Assembly (NCBI GenBank): GCA_030688685.1
Contig: JAUYJF010000002.1
Span: forward strand, 1-36,758
From: Candidatus Yanofskybacteria bacterium
GTDB taxonomy: Bacteria; Patescibacteriota; Minisyncoccia; Minisyncoccales; UBA10102
Length of the DNA: 36,758 nt
Direction: 5' to 3'
Shown here: piece after piece, positions 12,337-22,362 of the stretch
Layout: each line of letters begins with the position of its first letter
Numbering within the stretch: position 1 is the first letter of the stretch
Notes under the pieces: generated by a model
The model's database searches: none
What the model was told of the DNA's origin: nothing
What the model saw: the letters and a program-made list of their open reading frames with translations, nothing else
Position numbers and translations under genes: made by a program

Positions 12337-12786
12337 ATGCTGGATCAAGTTGCTATGCCGGCGGAGGGTGCTGAATTTCCCCTAGGTTTCTGCGATAGTT
12401 CTTCTCCTCCTTTCCTGTTTGCCGGATTCAGTTCTCGTGGCTGGAGGTATGTCGGTCCCCCGCCATCGCAGAGGAGGGTAATTAAGGCGAAGCTTGTTCG
12501 CCTCGGCTCCGCGCGAGACCTCAGAGAGGCGAGGCAAATCGCCGACGAGATGGATTATTCCCTCGTGAGCGATCGGGCGCAAGAGCCCTTTACAGCCCTA
12601 TTTCCGCGTCCGGCACAAAAAGGGCTCGTGATCTTTGGCGGCTCTGAGTGGGAAAATGCACTCGGTCGGTTATTTGTGGTTTGTATCCGTGTCTCAGAGG
12701 GCGCATGGAACCTCTTCCTTCGTCCTTCTGACGAGCTCTTCGGTGAATTCTGCCTCTGGATGGCAGGAAAAAAAGAAGGAACATAA
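12337..12786 (+). CDS. Hypothetical protein in a stand-alone cassette
   Basis: AGGAGG at 12324-12329, upstream TTGAAA..TGTGGTA promoter-like sequence, downstream hairpin; no recognised motif. Confidence 0.65.
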   Translation: MLDQVAMPAEGAEFPLGFCDSSSPPFLFAGFSSRGWRYVGPPPSQRRVIKAKLVRLGSARDLREARQIADEMDYSLVSDRAQEPFTALFPRPAQKGLVIFGGSEWENALGRLFVVCIRVSEGAWNLFLRPSDELFGEFCLWMAGKKEGT

Positions 12787-12799
12787 ACTCTGACCAAAG

Positions 12800-12840
12800 A
12801 TTCCCTTGGTGAGCTTGCTCACCAAGGGGATTTTCTTTTT
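12800..12840 (+). terminator. Intrinsic terminator
   Basis: CCCTTGGTGAGC/GCTCACCAAGGG inverted repeat (12803-12828) followed by a T-rich tract. Confidence 0.8.
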
Positions 12841-12882
12841 CAGAGCTTCAAAAAGAGGCCGCAAAATGGTATGTGTTAAACA

Positions 12883-13935
12883 ATGGAGATACGGGAGGTT
12901 CCAAACAAAGAAGAATGGGAAGAGTTTCTCGCGGCGTGTAAGGAAAAGACCTTTTTGCAGTCATGGCAATGGGGAGAATTTCAAAACACGATGCGGGGAA
13001 AGGCATGGTATTTCGGAATATATGAAAGAAGCGTTCTTGTTGCCGCGGCTCTTTGTGTTCGGGTGCGGGCAAAGCGCGGATCTTTTCTTTTGTTTCCCCA
13101 TGGTCCTGTAGTCAAAATGCAAAATGCAAATCTCAAAGATCAAAATGACAATGTAAAATTCAAAATTCTTGAGACACTCCTTGAAAAACTCAGAGAAATT
13201 GCAAACAAGGAAGACGTGAACTTTATCCGCGTAAACCCCATATGGGAGCGCAATGAGGAGAACAGCCGTCTCTTTTCTGCTTTTGGATTCAGGAGGGCGC
13301 CTATCCAGATGCACCCTGAGGCCTCATGGAAATTGGATATCTCTCTTTCAGAAGAAGGGTTGCTCTCTGCAATGCGCAAGACAACCAGATACCTGATTCG
13401 CCAAACGCAAAAAAATGAAGATATCCAAATAAGGCAGAGCGCGGATCTCAAAGACGTGGAGGTATTCAGCAAACTCCACGAAAAAGTTTCCGCGCGTCAG
13501 AATTTCGTCCCATTTTCTCTTGAGTACCTCAAGAACGAATTTTCATCTTTTTCAAAAGATAGCAATATTTCCTTGTTTATTGGAACGGTCAAGGGGGAAA
13601 TCGCCGCCATGTCCTTTGTGGTGTTCTGGTCGGGTATCGGGTTTTATCATCATGCCGCGTCTCTTCCAGAGTACGCAAAGCTTTCCATTCCGTATCTGCT
13701 CCAATGGGAAGCGATCCGGGAAGCGAAAAGGAGAGGGTGCGCCCTGTATGATTTCTGGGGGTACGTGGATCCAAAAACCCATCCCAACCATGGCTGGGCC
13801 GGCCCTACGCTCTTTAAGATGGGATTTGGAGGCGCGGCCCATGAATATGTGCATACCCAGGATTTGCCTTTAACCTGGAAGTACTGGCCGACTGCTTTCT
13901 TTGAAGCATTCAGAAAAATGAAAAGGGGATTGTGA
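12883..13935 (+). CDS. FemAB/FemX-family peptidoglycan peptidyl transferase
   Basis: FLQSWQWGEF, PHGPV, MRKTTRYLIR, LLQWEAIREAK, YDFWG, FKMGFGG. Confidence 0.92.
   Translation: MEIREVPNKEEWEEFLAACKEKTFLQSWQWGEFQNTMRGKAWYFGIYERSVLVAAALCVRVRAKRGSFLLFPHGPVVKMQNANLKDQNDNVKFKILETLLEKLREIANKEDVNFIRVNPIWERNEENSRLFSAFGFRRAPIQMHPEASWKLDISLSEEGLLSAMRKTTRYLIRQTQKNEDIQIRQSADLKDVEVFSKLHEKVSARQNFVPFSLEYLKNEFSSFSKDSNISLFIGTVKGEIAAMSFVVFWSGIGFYHHAASLPEYAKLSIPYLLQWEAIREAKRRGCALYDFWGYVDPKTHPNHGWAGPTLFKMGFGGAAHEYVHTQDLPLTWKYWPTAFFEAFRKMKRGL
13113..13167 (+). repeat. Degenerate heptamer tandem repeat (CAAAATG-like) inside the femAB CDS
   Basis: CAAAATG CAAAATG CAAATCT CAAAGAT CAAAATG ACAATG TAAAATT CAAAATT. 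Confidence 0.8.
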
Positions 13936-13944
13936 TCCATACCC

Positions 13945-14781
13945 ATGAAAGGAAGTTATAGAAGCCCAAAACGCATACGCAAAAAAAAGAGCGCGGCCAG
14001 CAGATTCATGAAGATCGCGAGAAACCCTTTCGCGTGGGGAGGATTTCTTTTTGTTCTCTGCGGAGTTGGGGTCTGGTATGGGGCGGCTTTCTCTGAGGCG
14101 GCGCAGGTGAAGACTGTTACGGTGTCTGGGGCCGCGACGCTTAAGCAGGAGGAATTGGAGTCTGCTGCCTGGGCTCTTCTCCCTCGGCAGGTTTTATTTG
14201 GAAGAACGGCAAGTATTCTGCTGGTAGACACAGGCGCCGTGCAAGAGGGGATTCTGCGGTATGACCCGATTATCTCGGATGTTACGTTGCGGCGAAGCAT
14301 TTGGGGGCGCGCTCTGCGTTTTCATATTCAAGAAAGAACACAGGAAGCACGGTGGTGTCAGCAGGAATGCTACTCTGTAGACAAACAGGGTGTGGTATTC
14401 CGGGCAACAGCATCCCGCGAGGATCCTATATTGGTGGTTTCTGGAATTGAGCGCGCGGAACTTGGAGCAAGGATCCTTGAGGAGCAGGTCATGGCTCCTC
14501 TTTTGGCATTCTCTGATCTTCTTTCGCATTCTGCCATCTTCCAGACAGAGCTCATTTCCATTGAGTCGCTGGATCCTTCTCAAAGGGAAAAGGCGGTAGC
14601 TCGGAGTTCTGAGGGCTGGGATATTTTCTTTGACCTTGACTCTGACATTGATTGGCAAGCCTCAAAAGCGCTCGCGGTTTTAGAGCATAAAATATCAAAA
14701 GAAGAGCGAAGGCGTCTCCAATATATTGACGTACGGTTTGGCGATCAGGCCTATATGTACCCTGGGGACTTGACAAACTAG
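13945..14781 (+). CDS. ftsQ: Cell division protein FtsQ/DivIB-like
   Basis: Basic N-terminus, single TM, POTRA-like VTVSG segment, IQER..VDKQG, C-terminal YIDVRF. Confidence 0.8.
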   Translation: MKGSYRSPKRIRKKKSAASRFMKIARNPFAWGGFLFVLCGVGVWYGAAFSEAAQVKTVTVSGAATLKQEELESAAWALLPRQVLFGRTASILLVDTGAVQEGILRYDPIISDVTLRRSIWGRALRFHIQERTQEARWCQQECYSVDKQGVVFRATASREDPILVVSGIERAELGARILEEQVMAPLLAFSDLLSHSAIFQTELISIESLDPSQREKAVARSSEGWDIFFDLDSDIDWQASKALAVLEHKISKEERRRLQYIDVRFGDQAYMYPGDLTN

Positions 14782-14798
14782 CAAAAGTATTTTATAAT
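14770..14798 (+). promoter_or_regulatory. Consensus sigma70 promoter
   Basis: TTGACA-17 nt-TATAAT; the -35 lies inside the last codons of ftsQ. Confidence 0.8.
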
Positions 14799-14828
14799 GC
14801 ACCCAAGATTGCACAATAGGAGGAAGAG

Positions 14829-15248
14829 ATGCCTGAGAGCGCAGTAGACCTTTTCAAGCGGGCAGCCCTAGCGACTGAACAGGAAATCCAGGAGGTCAAG
14901 GGCCAGGAGGATCAGCTCCGGGCGAAGGTCCATAACCTGATCCTCGGGGCGATGGAGGCCGTTCGCCCCTTCATCATGAAGGGGCATATCCAAGACCTCG
15001 GATTCAGCAACCTCACCCTAAGCCCCACAAGAGGGCTACGGAGAAACAATCATGGTGCCTCACAGAAGGACATCCTCCGGAGCATGGGGATACAGGGTCA
15101 TCTGACCCTCCTGAAGGTCCTCCTCCAGTTGTTCAAGGGATATGTGGAGGTATCCAGGGAGAAGGTCACGGCCAGGAGGGCCGAAACAGAGCGGGTCAAG
15201 AACCAGATTGATGAGTTCGCTCGAGAACTCGAGCGACTCGCCAACTAG
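14829..15248 (+). CDS. Hypothetical coiled-coil protein in a stand-alone cassette
   Basis: AGGAGG 14818-14823, consensus promoter, helical N- and C-termini. Confidence 0.75.
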   Translation: MPESAVDLFKRAALATEQEIQEVKGQEDQLRAKVHNLILGAMEAVRPFIMKGHIQDLGFSNLTLSPTRGLRRNNHGASQKDILRSMGIQGHLTLLKVLLQLFKGYVEVSREKVTARRAETERVKNQIDEFARELERLAN

Positions 15249-15253
15249 CAAGG

Positions 15254-15289
15254 GTGCGGAGTGCGGGGCACACACCCCGCACTCCGCAC
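15254..15289. terminator. GC-rich hairpin between convergent genes
   Basis: 15-bp perfect stem GTGCGGAGTGCGGGG/CCCCGCACTCCGCAC, no U tract; a second hairpin lies at 15295-15318. Confidence 0.6.
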
Positions 15290-15314
15290 TCGCGATAACA
15301 CATTTACAGATGTG

Positions 15315-17078
15315 TTATTTTATTTCATAAAGCAAGATAGAGGTGCCGGCCTGGTCTACGGGTTCATGGGCCGAAAGCCAGCCATAGTACGTTGTGTCCT
15401 GGTCATATCCTGGGGCTTGCTTTGAAGATCCTCCCTTCAGCTCATTGAGAGAGATTGCGATCCATCCGCCTTCCTCTTGCGCTTCTTTGCACGTTCTCTG
15501 CTTTTCTTCTCTCTGGTCAGAGCAATTCATTTCAAGGTATTTTTCTCCCAGCCAGTAAGAAGGAGACTCGCCTCCAAAGTAGTGAAGCCGGAGTTTTTCA
15601 ATATTGTGCTCCTCAACTTTTTCCAGGAGGCGGTAGAAATCCTGCCCCCAGTCATAGTTGGAATCCACCGCAACCTCGTGTCCGCTCCGGGTCCCTCCCG
15701 CTGACTCATTGTAGAAGGAAATGAAATGGGGAAAGGCGCTCAGAGAAGAGAACGCGTACCAAGAAAAGAGAAGGGTGGCACCGCCAAAGAATAGTATTCG
15801 CGCGCGCATTCCCTCAAAGAATGGGAAGAGCCGGTTTCCTGCCCAGGCAATCAGCAGGTACGTAAAGGGGAGAACAGGAAGGATATGGCGTACCCCAATG
15901 TTCAGGTTTCCTGAAAGGGTAACTGCCCAGTAGATGGAGATAAAGATTACCGCCCCCCAAATGTCCAAAGGGATATTCCGTATCATGGAACGGAATCGCA
16001 GAAGCGCCAACAGGAGAAGCAGCAGGGTAAGGACGTGAAGAGCAAGAGGAATCTTGGTGAGGTACATGGTGGGGAAATACGAGAGTTTCCCGCCAGAGAA
16101 CACTTCCCCCATAAAGTACGTGGTGTTTCCAAAAGAGCTGCGCTGGCTCGCCATAAGCGCTCCTCTGGCGTATTGGGCAATGGGGCGCAGAAGCGGTTTG
16201 TCTGACATCCAGATTGCCGCTTGTTCTGAGGCGGTTATTTCTCCGGGAGAAAGATCTGCTATGGTGTCCCGCGTTTGGCGCTCTTGGGGATAATTCCAGA
16301 TATGGAACTGATACACCGGCCAGATCACGAGAAAGAGAGCAACGAAGCCTGCTGCCACAGAAAAAGATACGTATTTTGCTGTTTCGCGCCACTGGTTTGA
16401 GAGAAGTATATGGAGGATGGTAAGAATCCCCAGAGAAGGAATGAGAAGGATCATGCTGAATTTCAAGAGAAGAGCTATGCCCAAAGCAAATCCCGCCAGA
16501 AGAACATTCTTTGAAGTGGGGTTTTTCAAGAAAGACACCCAGGCAATGATCGCGAGGACAGCTCCCAGGGCCGCGGGAACATCCGTGGTGACCAGCCGCC
16601 CGTGAGCAAGAAGCGTGGGGGAGAAAGAAAAGAGAAAGAGAGCCGCAAGGGCTGCCTTGTCTCCGGCAATCTTGCGCGTCCAGCAAAAGAGCATCCATCC
16701 GCAGAGGAGAAGGAGCAGGATCATGGGAACTCGCGACCAGAAGATAATCTGTCTCGGGTCGTTCCCGGATTCATAGAGGAACTCGGTTCCCAGGTTGAAC
16801 TGCACCCACCAGGCGGGAGGGTCTTCCTGCTGCCACCATGGGCTTTCTGTTGGGAAGTTGAGATTAAGGAAGAGGAGGGGAAAAGCTGAAATATCTTTCG
16901 CGAGCGGAGGATGTTCAGGATTCACGCGGTAGTCCTGCTGGGTAAGGTACGAGTAGCCGGCCGGGATATGGGCGAGTTCATCAAAGGTAAGGGCGTCCTG
17001 TTTCATGCTCAAGAGCGCGAGAATCCCCATGATTCCCAAAAGCACTCCCGCTGTGATGGATGTCTTATTGAATTTCAT
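15315..17078 (-). CDS. GT-C fold glycosyltransferase (ArnT/PMT_2, GT39/GT83-like)
   Basis: TFDE..H, EHPPL, TTD, LLKFS, DSNYDWGQD, multiple TMs; start inferred at ATG 17078. Confidence 0.85.
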   Translation of the reverse strand: MKFNKTSITAGVLLGIMGILALLSMKQDALTFDELAHIPAGYSYLTQQDYRVNPEHPPLAKDISAFPLLFLNLNFPTESPWWQQEDPPAWWVQFNLGTEFLYESGNDPRQIIFWSRVPMILLLLLCGWMLFCWTRKIAGDKAALAALFLFSFSPTLLAHGRLVTTDVPAALGAVLAIIAWVSFLKNPTSKNVLLAGFALGIALLLKFSMILLIPSLGILTILHILLSNQWRETAKYVSFSVAAGFVALFLVIWPVYQFHIWNYPQERQTRDTIADLSPGEITASEQAAIWMSDKPLLRPIAQYARGALMASQRSSFGNTTYFMGEVFSGGKLSYFPTMYLTKIPLALHVLTLLLLLLALLRFRSMIRNIPLDIWGAVIFISIYWAVTLSGNLNIGVRHILPVLPFTYLLIAWAGNRLFPFFEGMRARILFFGGATLLFSWYAFSSLSAFPHFISFYNESAGGTRSGHEVAVDSNYDWGQDFYRLLEKVEEHNIEKLRLHYFGGESPSYWLGEKYLEMNCSDQREEKQRTCKEAQEEGGWIAISLNELKGGSSKQAPGYDQDTTYYGWLSAHEPVDQAGTSILLYEIK

Positions 17079-18654
17079 AGATCCAGATTCGTTCTCGTTC
17101 ATGGAGTATTCCATTGGGATACTGTTCTCGCGCAAGAGCAAGGAAACGTGCCTCTTTATTCATGGTAAAGAGAAGATCGCCTGGCATAAATACGGTTGTG
17201 GCAACTTCTTCCGGATGCAAGTAGATGGCTTCCTGCCGATTCTCGGTGTACTGAATGAATCTCGGGACCTCGCGGGGCAAATCTCCTTCTGACATAACCA
17301 CGTACTTTTGGATTTCTTTGGGATAGGAATTAAGTTCATGCCCCACATCCATAAAACGGAGGGTAAAGGACTCTTCCAGCTCAGGGCTTTGCTTCCATAG
17401 AATAAAATAGGAGTGAAAGGAGAGGAGTGTTGTTCCCAGAAGAACAAGGGAAATTGCTCCAGCTTGCATGTATTGCCCGCGGGGAAGCCGCAAAAGAAAC
17501 CGGAAGGAGATAAGCGCGCCAAACCCCGCCAAGAGATACAATGCGGGAATCATGCCAATAACCCGTAAAGCATGCGGGATACCCTCGGAGGTGAGAACTC
17601 CCGGGAGAAGCAAAAAGAAAAGCCAAGCAAGCACGAACGCACCAATAAGGAAGGCGCGGGACGCCTCACCCTGCATTCTGGTTTTCACCAGGACAGCAAA
17701 GGCTTTGATGGTGTTTGCCATAAACGCTCCCAATCCAATAAGGAAGAAAATGCCAACCACGGCCGGGAGCTGAGCCTGGCCCGCAACATTGTGGCGCCAA
17801 TTCTGGTCTCCCGCGATATTGAACATCGCAAGGTGTTTGAGGGTGCTTTCCCCAAGGGCCTTCAAAGGCTGTTCCTGCGCGAATACGGAAATACCGCTTG
17901 CCCGGAAGAGAAAGTCTTCGGGAGTATTCAAGAAGTGCCAAAGAATAGGGGATGCTGAGAGAAGCGCGAAGAGAGAAAACGCGCTTGCTTTGAAAAGGAA
18001 CTCCTTTCCCCAACGCTCTTTTATCGCGAGGATAAGCCAGAGAAGGAGGGCGAGGGCTACGGCGAGAGCGCCGAGCCGAAAACTGATATACGTGTGGAAT
18101 CCCAGTCCAAAGATGAGCCCCGCGAGAATAAAGTCTAGAATTTTCTTTGTGCGCATTCCCCGGAATAGGAAGTAGGAGGAGAACACAAGAACAAGAGGAA
18201 GAAGAATAGCCCGGAACCCTATTCTGCTGAACATAATATGCCATACGGAAACCGCGAGGAAGAATGAAGACAAGAGAGCGATCTTTGCGGCATGTATTCG
18301 CGTAGCGGCAATCTGTCCAAAGAGCTCGCGAGTAAGCAGGAACTGCCCCAGCACCGTAAGGATTCCTATGAGAGCGGGAACAATCTTAAAGGCCCAAACG
18401 CTGACGCCAAACAATCCAAACGCGAAGGAAATAAGGAGAAAGAAGAATCCCTCTCTTCCGTGATTCTCAGGATAAAACACCTGAAACTCTCCGGTTTGTA
18501 AAATCTCCACCGCCGTGGTGGCGTTAATGGCTTCATCCGGCCAAAGTCCGGGAGGAAGCGTGTCTAATTGCCAAAGACGAAAGAAGGACGCAAGCAGGAG
18601 AATACCCAGAAGAGCAAAGAGAACGCCCTTTGATTTCACCATGTTTGAAAGCAT
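17065..18654 (-). CDS. GT-C fold glycosyltransferase (ArnT/PMT_2-like)
   Basis: FRLWQL..PPGLWPDEA, SRIGFR, HTY, multiple TMs. Confidence 0.85.
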   Translation of the reverse strand: MLSNMVKSKGVLFALLGILLLASFFRLWQLDTLPPGLWPDEAINATTAVEILQTGEFQVFYPENHGREGFFFLLISFAFGLFGVSVWAFKIVPALIGILTVLGQFLLTRELFGQIAATRIHAAKIALLSSFFLAVSVWHIMFSRIGFRAILLPLVLVFSSYFLFRGMRTKKILDFILAGLIFGLGFHTYISFRLGALAVALALLLWLILAIKERWGKEFLFKASAFSLFALLSASPILWHFLNTPEDFLFRASGISVFAQEQPLKALGESTLKHLAMFNIAGDQNWRHNVAGQAQLPAVVGIFFLIGLGAFMANTIKAFAVLVKTRMQGEASRAFLIGAFVLAWLFFLLLPGVLTSEGIPHALRVIGMIPALYLLAGFGALISFRFLLRLPRGQYMQAGAISLVLLGTTLLSFHSYFILWKQSPELEESFTLRFMDVGHELNSYPKEIQKYVVMSEGDLPREVPRFIQYTENRQEAIYLHPEEVATTVFMPGDLLFTMNKEARFLALAREQYPNGILHERERIWIYEIQ

Positions 18655-18732
18655 TCCAGAATTGTACCAGATTATTTTGCAAGTTTCTAATTAGCTTTTT
18701 GGTTTCCCCTCATATCTCTGTAACAAGAAACA

Positions 18733-18760
18733 TTGACAAAATAGTTTTATAATGTATAAT
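18733..18760 (+). promoter_or_regulatory. Sigma70 promoter
   Basis: TTGACA-16 nt-TATAAT. Confidence 0.7.
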
Positions 18761-18789
18761 ACATTTAGAGTTTGCCAGGAGTAGTAGAA

Positions 18790-19128
18790 GTGAAAAAGCT
18801 CTTTGTTTCTGTAGTGATCGCGACCCTGGTCGCGGCAACGATGATAGGCAGGGTGCCTCCTGTAGATACTCGTGATGGGTCTGTCAACTTCTCGTATTAC
18901 CTTATTGAGGTGAAACGGGGGGAGACAGAGGGAGAAATACTGGTAAGCATGCCTCCGGGTGTGCATATCAGTGGATCTGCGGGGTTTTCTTCCGTGGCAG
19001 CTGGACTAGCAATCTTGCCAATCAAGGCTGACACTGGGGTACTTTGGTTACATGCCCCTAAGGGCATGGAATTTCAACCGGGCGTGTTTCCAAGTACTAC
19101 GCAGTATGCCATGCAGCAACTCAGATAG
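18790..19128 (+). CDS. Hypothetical secreted or membrane-anchored protein in a stand-alone cassette
   Basis: AGGAG 18777-18781 then GTG start; signal-peptide-like MKKLFVSVVIATLVAA. Confidence 0.65.
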   Translation: MKKLFVSVVIATLVAATMIGRVPPVDTRDGSVNFSYYLIEVKRGETEGEILVSMPPGVHISGSAGFSSVAAGLAILPIKADTGVLWLHAPKGMEFQPGVFPSTTQYAMQQLR

Positions 19129-19135
19129 AGAAAAG

Positions 19136-19164
19136 GGGCGAGGGAGATATGAACTCCCTCGCCC
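19136..19164. terminator. Hairpin, probable terminator
   Basis: GGGCGAGGGAG/CTCCCTCGCCC 11-bp stem just after the stop. Confidence 0.65.
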
Positions 19165-19173
19165 TGAACAGTA

Positions 19174-19200
19174 TTAGCAGTCAACCCCATTGACTGCTAG
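19174..19200 (+). promoter_or_regulatory. CIRCE operator (variant) overlapping the hrcA -35
   Basis: TTAGCAGTC-N9-GACTGCTAG versus consensus TTAGCACTC-N9-GAGTGCTAA; directly upstream of hrcA. Confidence 0.9.
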
Positions 19201-19224
19201 TTTTTTTATGGTAGCATAGTCTTA

Positions 19225-19917
19225 ATGCCCCAGACGGTTCGCCAGCAAGAAATCCTGGAAGCAATTATAGAAGAGCATATCAAGAGAGCGAGTCCCGTAA
19301 GTTCGCAGGTTTTAGGTGAGGCACGGGATTTCGGGCTTTCTTCAGCTACCCTGAGAAGTGAGATGGCAAATCTCACCGAGCAAGGGTTTCTTGCCCAGCC
19401 CCATACGGCCGCGGGGCGCGTTCCCACCGATAAGGGATACCGCTTCTATGTAGATAGTATTCTTGAGGAGCAGAAGGGAAAGCGCAGCTTTGAGCGCTTG
19501 CTTCAGGAAATGGAAGATGAAATCCAGATCCTGCAATCCCTGACCCGGCTTTTGCGCGCTTCTGCCTCGGGGCTTACTATTGCCTACCTTTCTGACCGAG
19601 AATTCTTTTGGAAAGAAGGGTGGGAGGAGGTGCTGGAAGAGCCGGAATTTGAAGAACATGAAACGGTTGAGAGTTTCCTGCGTTTTCTGCAGGATTTGGA
19701 GAACGCGTTCGCGCAAGAGCATCTTTCTGCCGGAGAATTGCAGGTGTATATCGGGAAAGAGAACCCCTTTTCTCCGGTTGAAGATTTTAGTATTATAGTG
19801 AGCGGGCTGCGTCTTCCCAAAAGGCAGACAGGGGTTCTCGCGTTAGCAGGCCCCAAGCGCATGGCGTACCCGGAGAACATTGGCGCCTTGCGCCAGCTTC
19901 TCTGGTATTTTCAATAA
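19225..19917 (+). CDS. hrcA: Heat-inducible transcription repressor HrcA (short form)
   Basis: RQQEIL, PVSS, SSATLRSEM, PHTAAGRVPTDKGYRFYVD, GPKRM.Y. Confidence 0.93.
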   Translation: MPQTVRQQEILEAIIEEHIKRASPVSSQVLGEARDFGLSSATLRSEMANLTEQGFLAQPHTAAGRVPTDKGYRFYVDSILEEQKGKRSFERLLQEMEDEIQILQSLTRLLRASASGLTIAYLSDREFFWKEGWEEVLEEPEFEEHETVESFLRFLQDLENAFAQEHLSAGELQVYIGKENPFSPVEDFSIIVSGLRLPKRQTGVLALAGPKRMAYPENIGALRQLLWYFQ

Positions 19918-19922
19918 CATCT

Positions 19923-20411
19923 ATGGAAGCAAAAAAAGAACAAACAAAGGAGCAAATTCTCGCAGATCTCGAAGAATGCAGAAAGCAGGCGGATGAGTAT
20001 TTGCAGGGGTGGCAGAGGGAGCGCGCTGACGCGCAAAACGTAAAAAAAGAGATGCGGGAATACGCGGAAGCCCTTGCCCAGCACACCCGCGAATCGCTGT
20101 TTGAAGAATTATTCAGTGTATTGGATAATCTGGACCGGGCAGAGTCAGCGCTCAATGAAAAGGAGAAACAGACAAGCGTGACCCAGGGGTTTCTCTATAT
20201 CGCCCGGCAGCTTCGGGATGTTCTGGCGCGGCACGGGGTGCGGGAGATACCAACAGAAAAATGCCAGATGTTTGATCCTGCCATCCATGAGGCCGTGCAG
20301 GAAGTGGAAGAGGAAGGCATGGATCCGGGAACAATCCTGGAAGTGCTTGAGAAGGGATACACGCGGGAAGGAAAACTTCTCCGACCCGCAAAAGTTACAG
20401 TCGTAAAATAA
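19923..20411 (+). CDS. grpE: Nucleotide exchange factor GrpE
   Basis: [33 protein letters not shown]. Confidence 0.95.
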   Translation: MEAKKEQTKEQILADLEECRKQADEYLQGWQRERADAQNVKKEMREYAEALAQHTRESLFEELFSVLDNLDRAESALNEKEKQTSVTQGFLYIARQLRDVLARHGVREIPTEKCQMFDPAIHEAVQEVEEEGMDPGTILEVLEKGYTREGKLLRPAKVTVVK

Positions 20412-20428
20412 TATTCACGTATATCACT

Positions 20429-22321
20429 ATGGCAAAAATTCTCGGAATTGACTTGGGTACTACATTCTCCGCCATGGCAGTCATGGAAGGAGGGGAGGCG
20501 AAGATTATTGAGAACCGCGAGGGAGCCAGGACAACCGCTTCTGTGGCTGCTCTCTCCAAAACCGGGGAAATACTCGTTGGGGTGCAGGCGCGCCGCCAGC
20601 AGGTTACAAATCCCAAGAATACGGTGTTCCAGGTAAAGCGTTTGATTGGAAGAAGATTTTCTGACACTGAAGTTCAGCAGGACCGAAAACTGCTTCCCTA
20701 TGAGATTCGCGAAGGCCAGGACGGGGGAATAGAAGTGCGGATGGGGGAAAAATGGTACCGGCCCGCTGAAATTTCCGCCATGATTCTCCGCAAGCTGAAA
20801 GCGGACGCGGAAGACAAATTGGGGGAAAAAATCACAGAAGCCATTATTACTGTTCCCGCCTATTTTGACGACAGTCAGAGAAAGGCAACCAAAGTTGCGG
20901 GAGAGATCGCGGGCTTGGACGTAAAGCGCGTGATCAATGAACCCACCGCGGCAGCTCTTGCCTATGGGCTTAATAAGAAAAAAGACGAGCGCATTATTGT
21001 GTACGATTTCGGAGGGGGAACATTTGATATCTCCATCCTTGAGGTTTCAGAGGACACTATTGAGGTAAAAGCAACAGGAGGAGATACGCATTTGGGCGGA
21101 GAGGATTTTGACCAGAAAATCGTGGAATGGCTCATTGCGGAATTCAAGAAAGACGAGGGCATTGACCTGGGCCAGGATCCCTTGGCGCTCCAGCGCCTGA
21201 AAGAAGCGGCGGAACGAGCCAAGATTGAGTTGTCCACCGCTCTGGAGACAGACATTAATCTCCCGTTCATCAGTTCTGATAGCGCGGGTCCCAAGCATCT
21301 CCTGTATAAACTGACACGCGCCCAGCTGGAGAACATGGTGCAGGCGTACATTGATAAGTCCACACAGCTTCTCCAGTCAACGCTGCAGGAGGCAAAATTG
21401 AGCGCGCAAGACATCGACGAGGTTATCTTAGTGGGAGGTCAGACCCGTATGCCCGCCATTCAAGAAGCAGTGAAAGGATTGCTGGGGAAAGAACCCAACA
21501 AATCCATTAATCCTGATGAGGTGGTGGCGTTGGGAGCCGCTATCCAGGGAGGCATACTGGAGGGGTCAGTGCGCGATGTTCTTCTTTTGGATGTGACTCC
21601 TTTGTCTCTCGGTATTGAAACTTTAGGAGGACGCAACACGGTGCTTATTCCCAAGAATACCACGATCCCTACTTCAAAGAGCCAAATCTTCTCCACGGCA
21701 GCTGACAACCAAACATCGGTGGAGGTTCATGTGGTGCAGGGAGAACGTCCTCTCGCTCCAGACAACAAATCGCTGGGCAGGTTTATTCTGGAAGGCATTC
21801 CGCCTGCTCCCCGGGGGGTTCCCCAGGTTGAAGTTGTCTTTGATATTAACGCTGACGGCATCCTGAACGTAACGGCTCGCGAAAAGACCTCCAATAAGAG
21901 CCAGTCCATTCGCATTGAGGGAAGCACGGGTATCTCAGAAGAAGAAGTGGAGCGCTTGCGCAGCGAGGCGGAATTGCACGCGGAAGAGGATCGCAAAAAA
22001 GAAGAACTCATTGAGGCAAAGAATAACGCTGAAGCTCTTCTCTATACCGCGGAAAAATCTCTAAGAGAAGCGGGAGAGAAGGTGCCCCAGGACGTGAAAA
22101 AGGAGGTGGAAGAGAAGATTTCCGGCTTGAAGCAGGTCAAGGACAATGGTACACTGGATGAAGTGAAAAAAGCGGCAGAGGAGCTTTCTCAAACGCTTCA
22201 GAAAATCGGAAGCGCGATGTATTCTTCTTCCGCGGGAGCTGTGCCAGACACCCAGAACCCAGAACAGGGACCTGAGGAGAAGAAAGACGAAAACGAAGGT
22301 TCCGACGAGAACACGCGATAA
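20429..22321 (+). CDS. dnaK: Chaperone DnaK
   Basis: [39 protein letters not shown]. Confidence 0.98.
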   Translation: MAKILGIDLGTTFSAMAVMEGGEAKIIENREGARTTASVAALSKTGEILVGVQARRQQVTNPKNTVFQVKRLIGRRFSDTEVQQDRKLLPYEIREGQDGGIEVRMGEKWYRPAEISAMILRKLKADAEDKLGEKITEAIITVPAYFDDSQRKATKVAGEIAGLDVKRVINEPTAAALAYGLNKKKDERIIVYDFGGGTFDISILEVSEDTIEVKATGGDTHLGGEDFDQKIVEWLIAEFKKDEGIDLGQDPLALQRLKEAAERAKIELSTALETDINLPFISSDSAGPKHLLYKLTRAQLENMVQAYIDKSTQLLQSTLQEAKLSAQDIDEVILVGGQTRMPAIQEAVKGLLGKEPNKSINPDEVVALGAAIQGGILEGSVRDVLLLDVTPLSLGIETLGGRNTVLIPKNTTIPTSKSQIFSTAADNQTSVEVHVVQGERPLAPDNKSLGRFILEGIPPAPRGVPQVEVVFDINADGILNVTAREKTSNKSQSIRIEGSTGISEEEVERLRSEAELHAEEDRKKEELIEAKNNAEALLYTAEKSLREAGEKVPQDVKKEVEEKISGLKQVKDNGTLDEVKKAAEELSQTLQKIGSAMYSSSAGAVPDTQNPEQGPEEKKDENEGSDENTR

Positions 22322-22362
22322 GAAGGAAGTTCTCCTTGCCTGTTTCTCACTCTTATGTACCT

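Noticed and set aside
11926-13167. Heptamer tracts as CRISPR or diversity-generating retroelement components
   Set aside because: No spacers, cas genes, reverse transcriptase or TR/VR pair in the window
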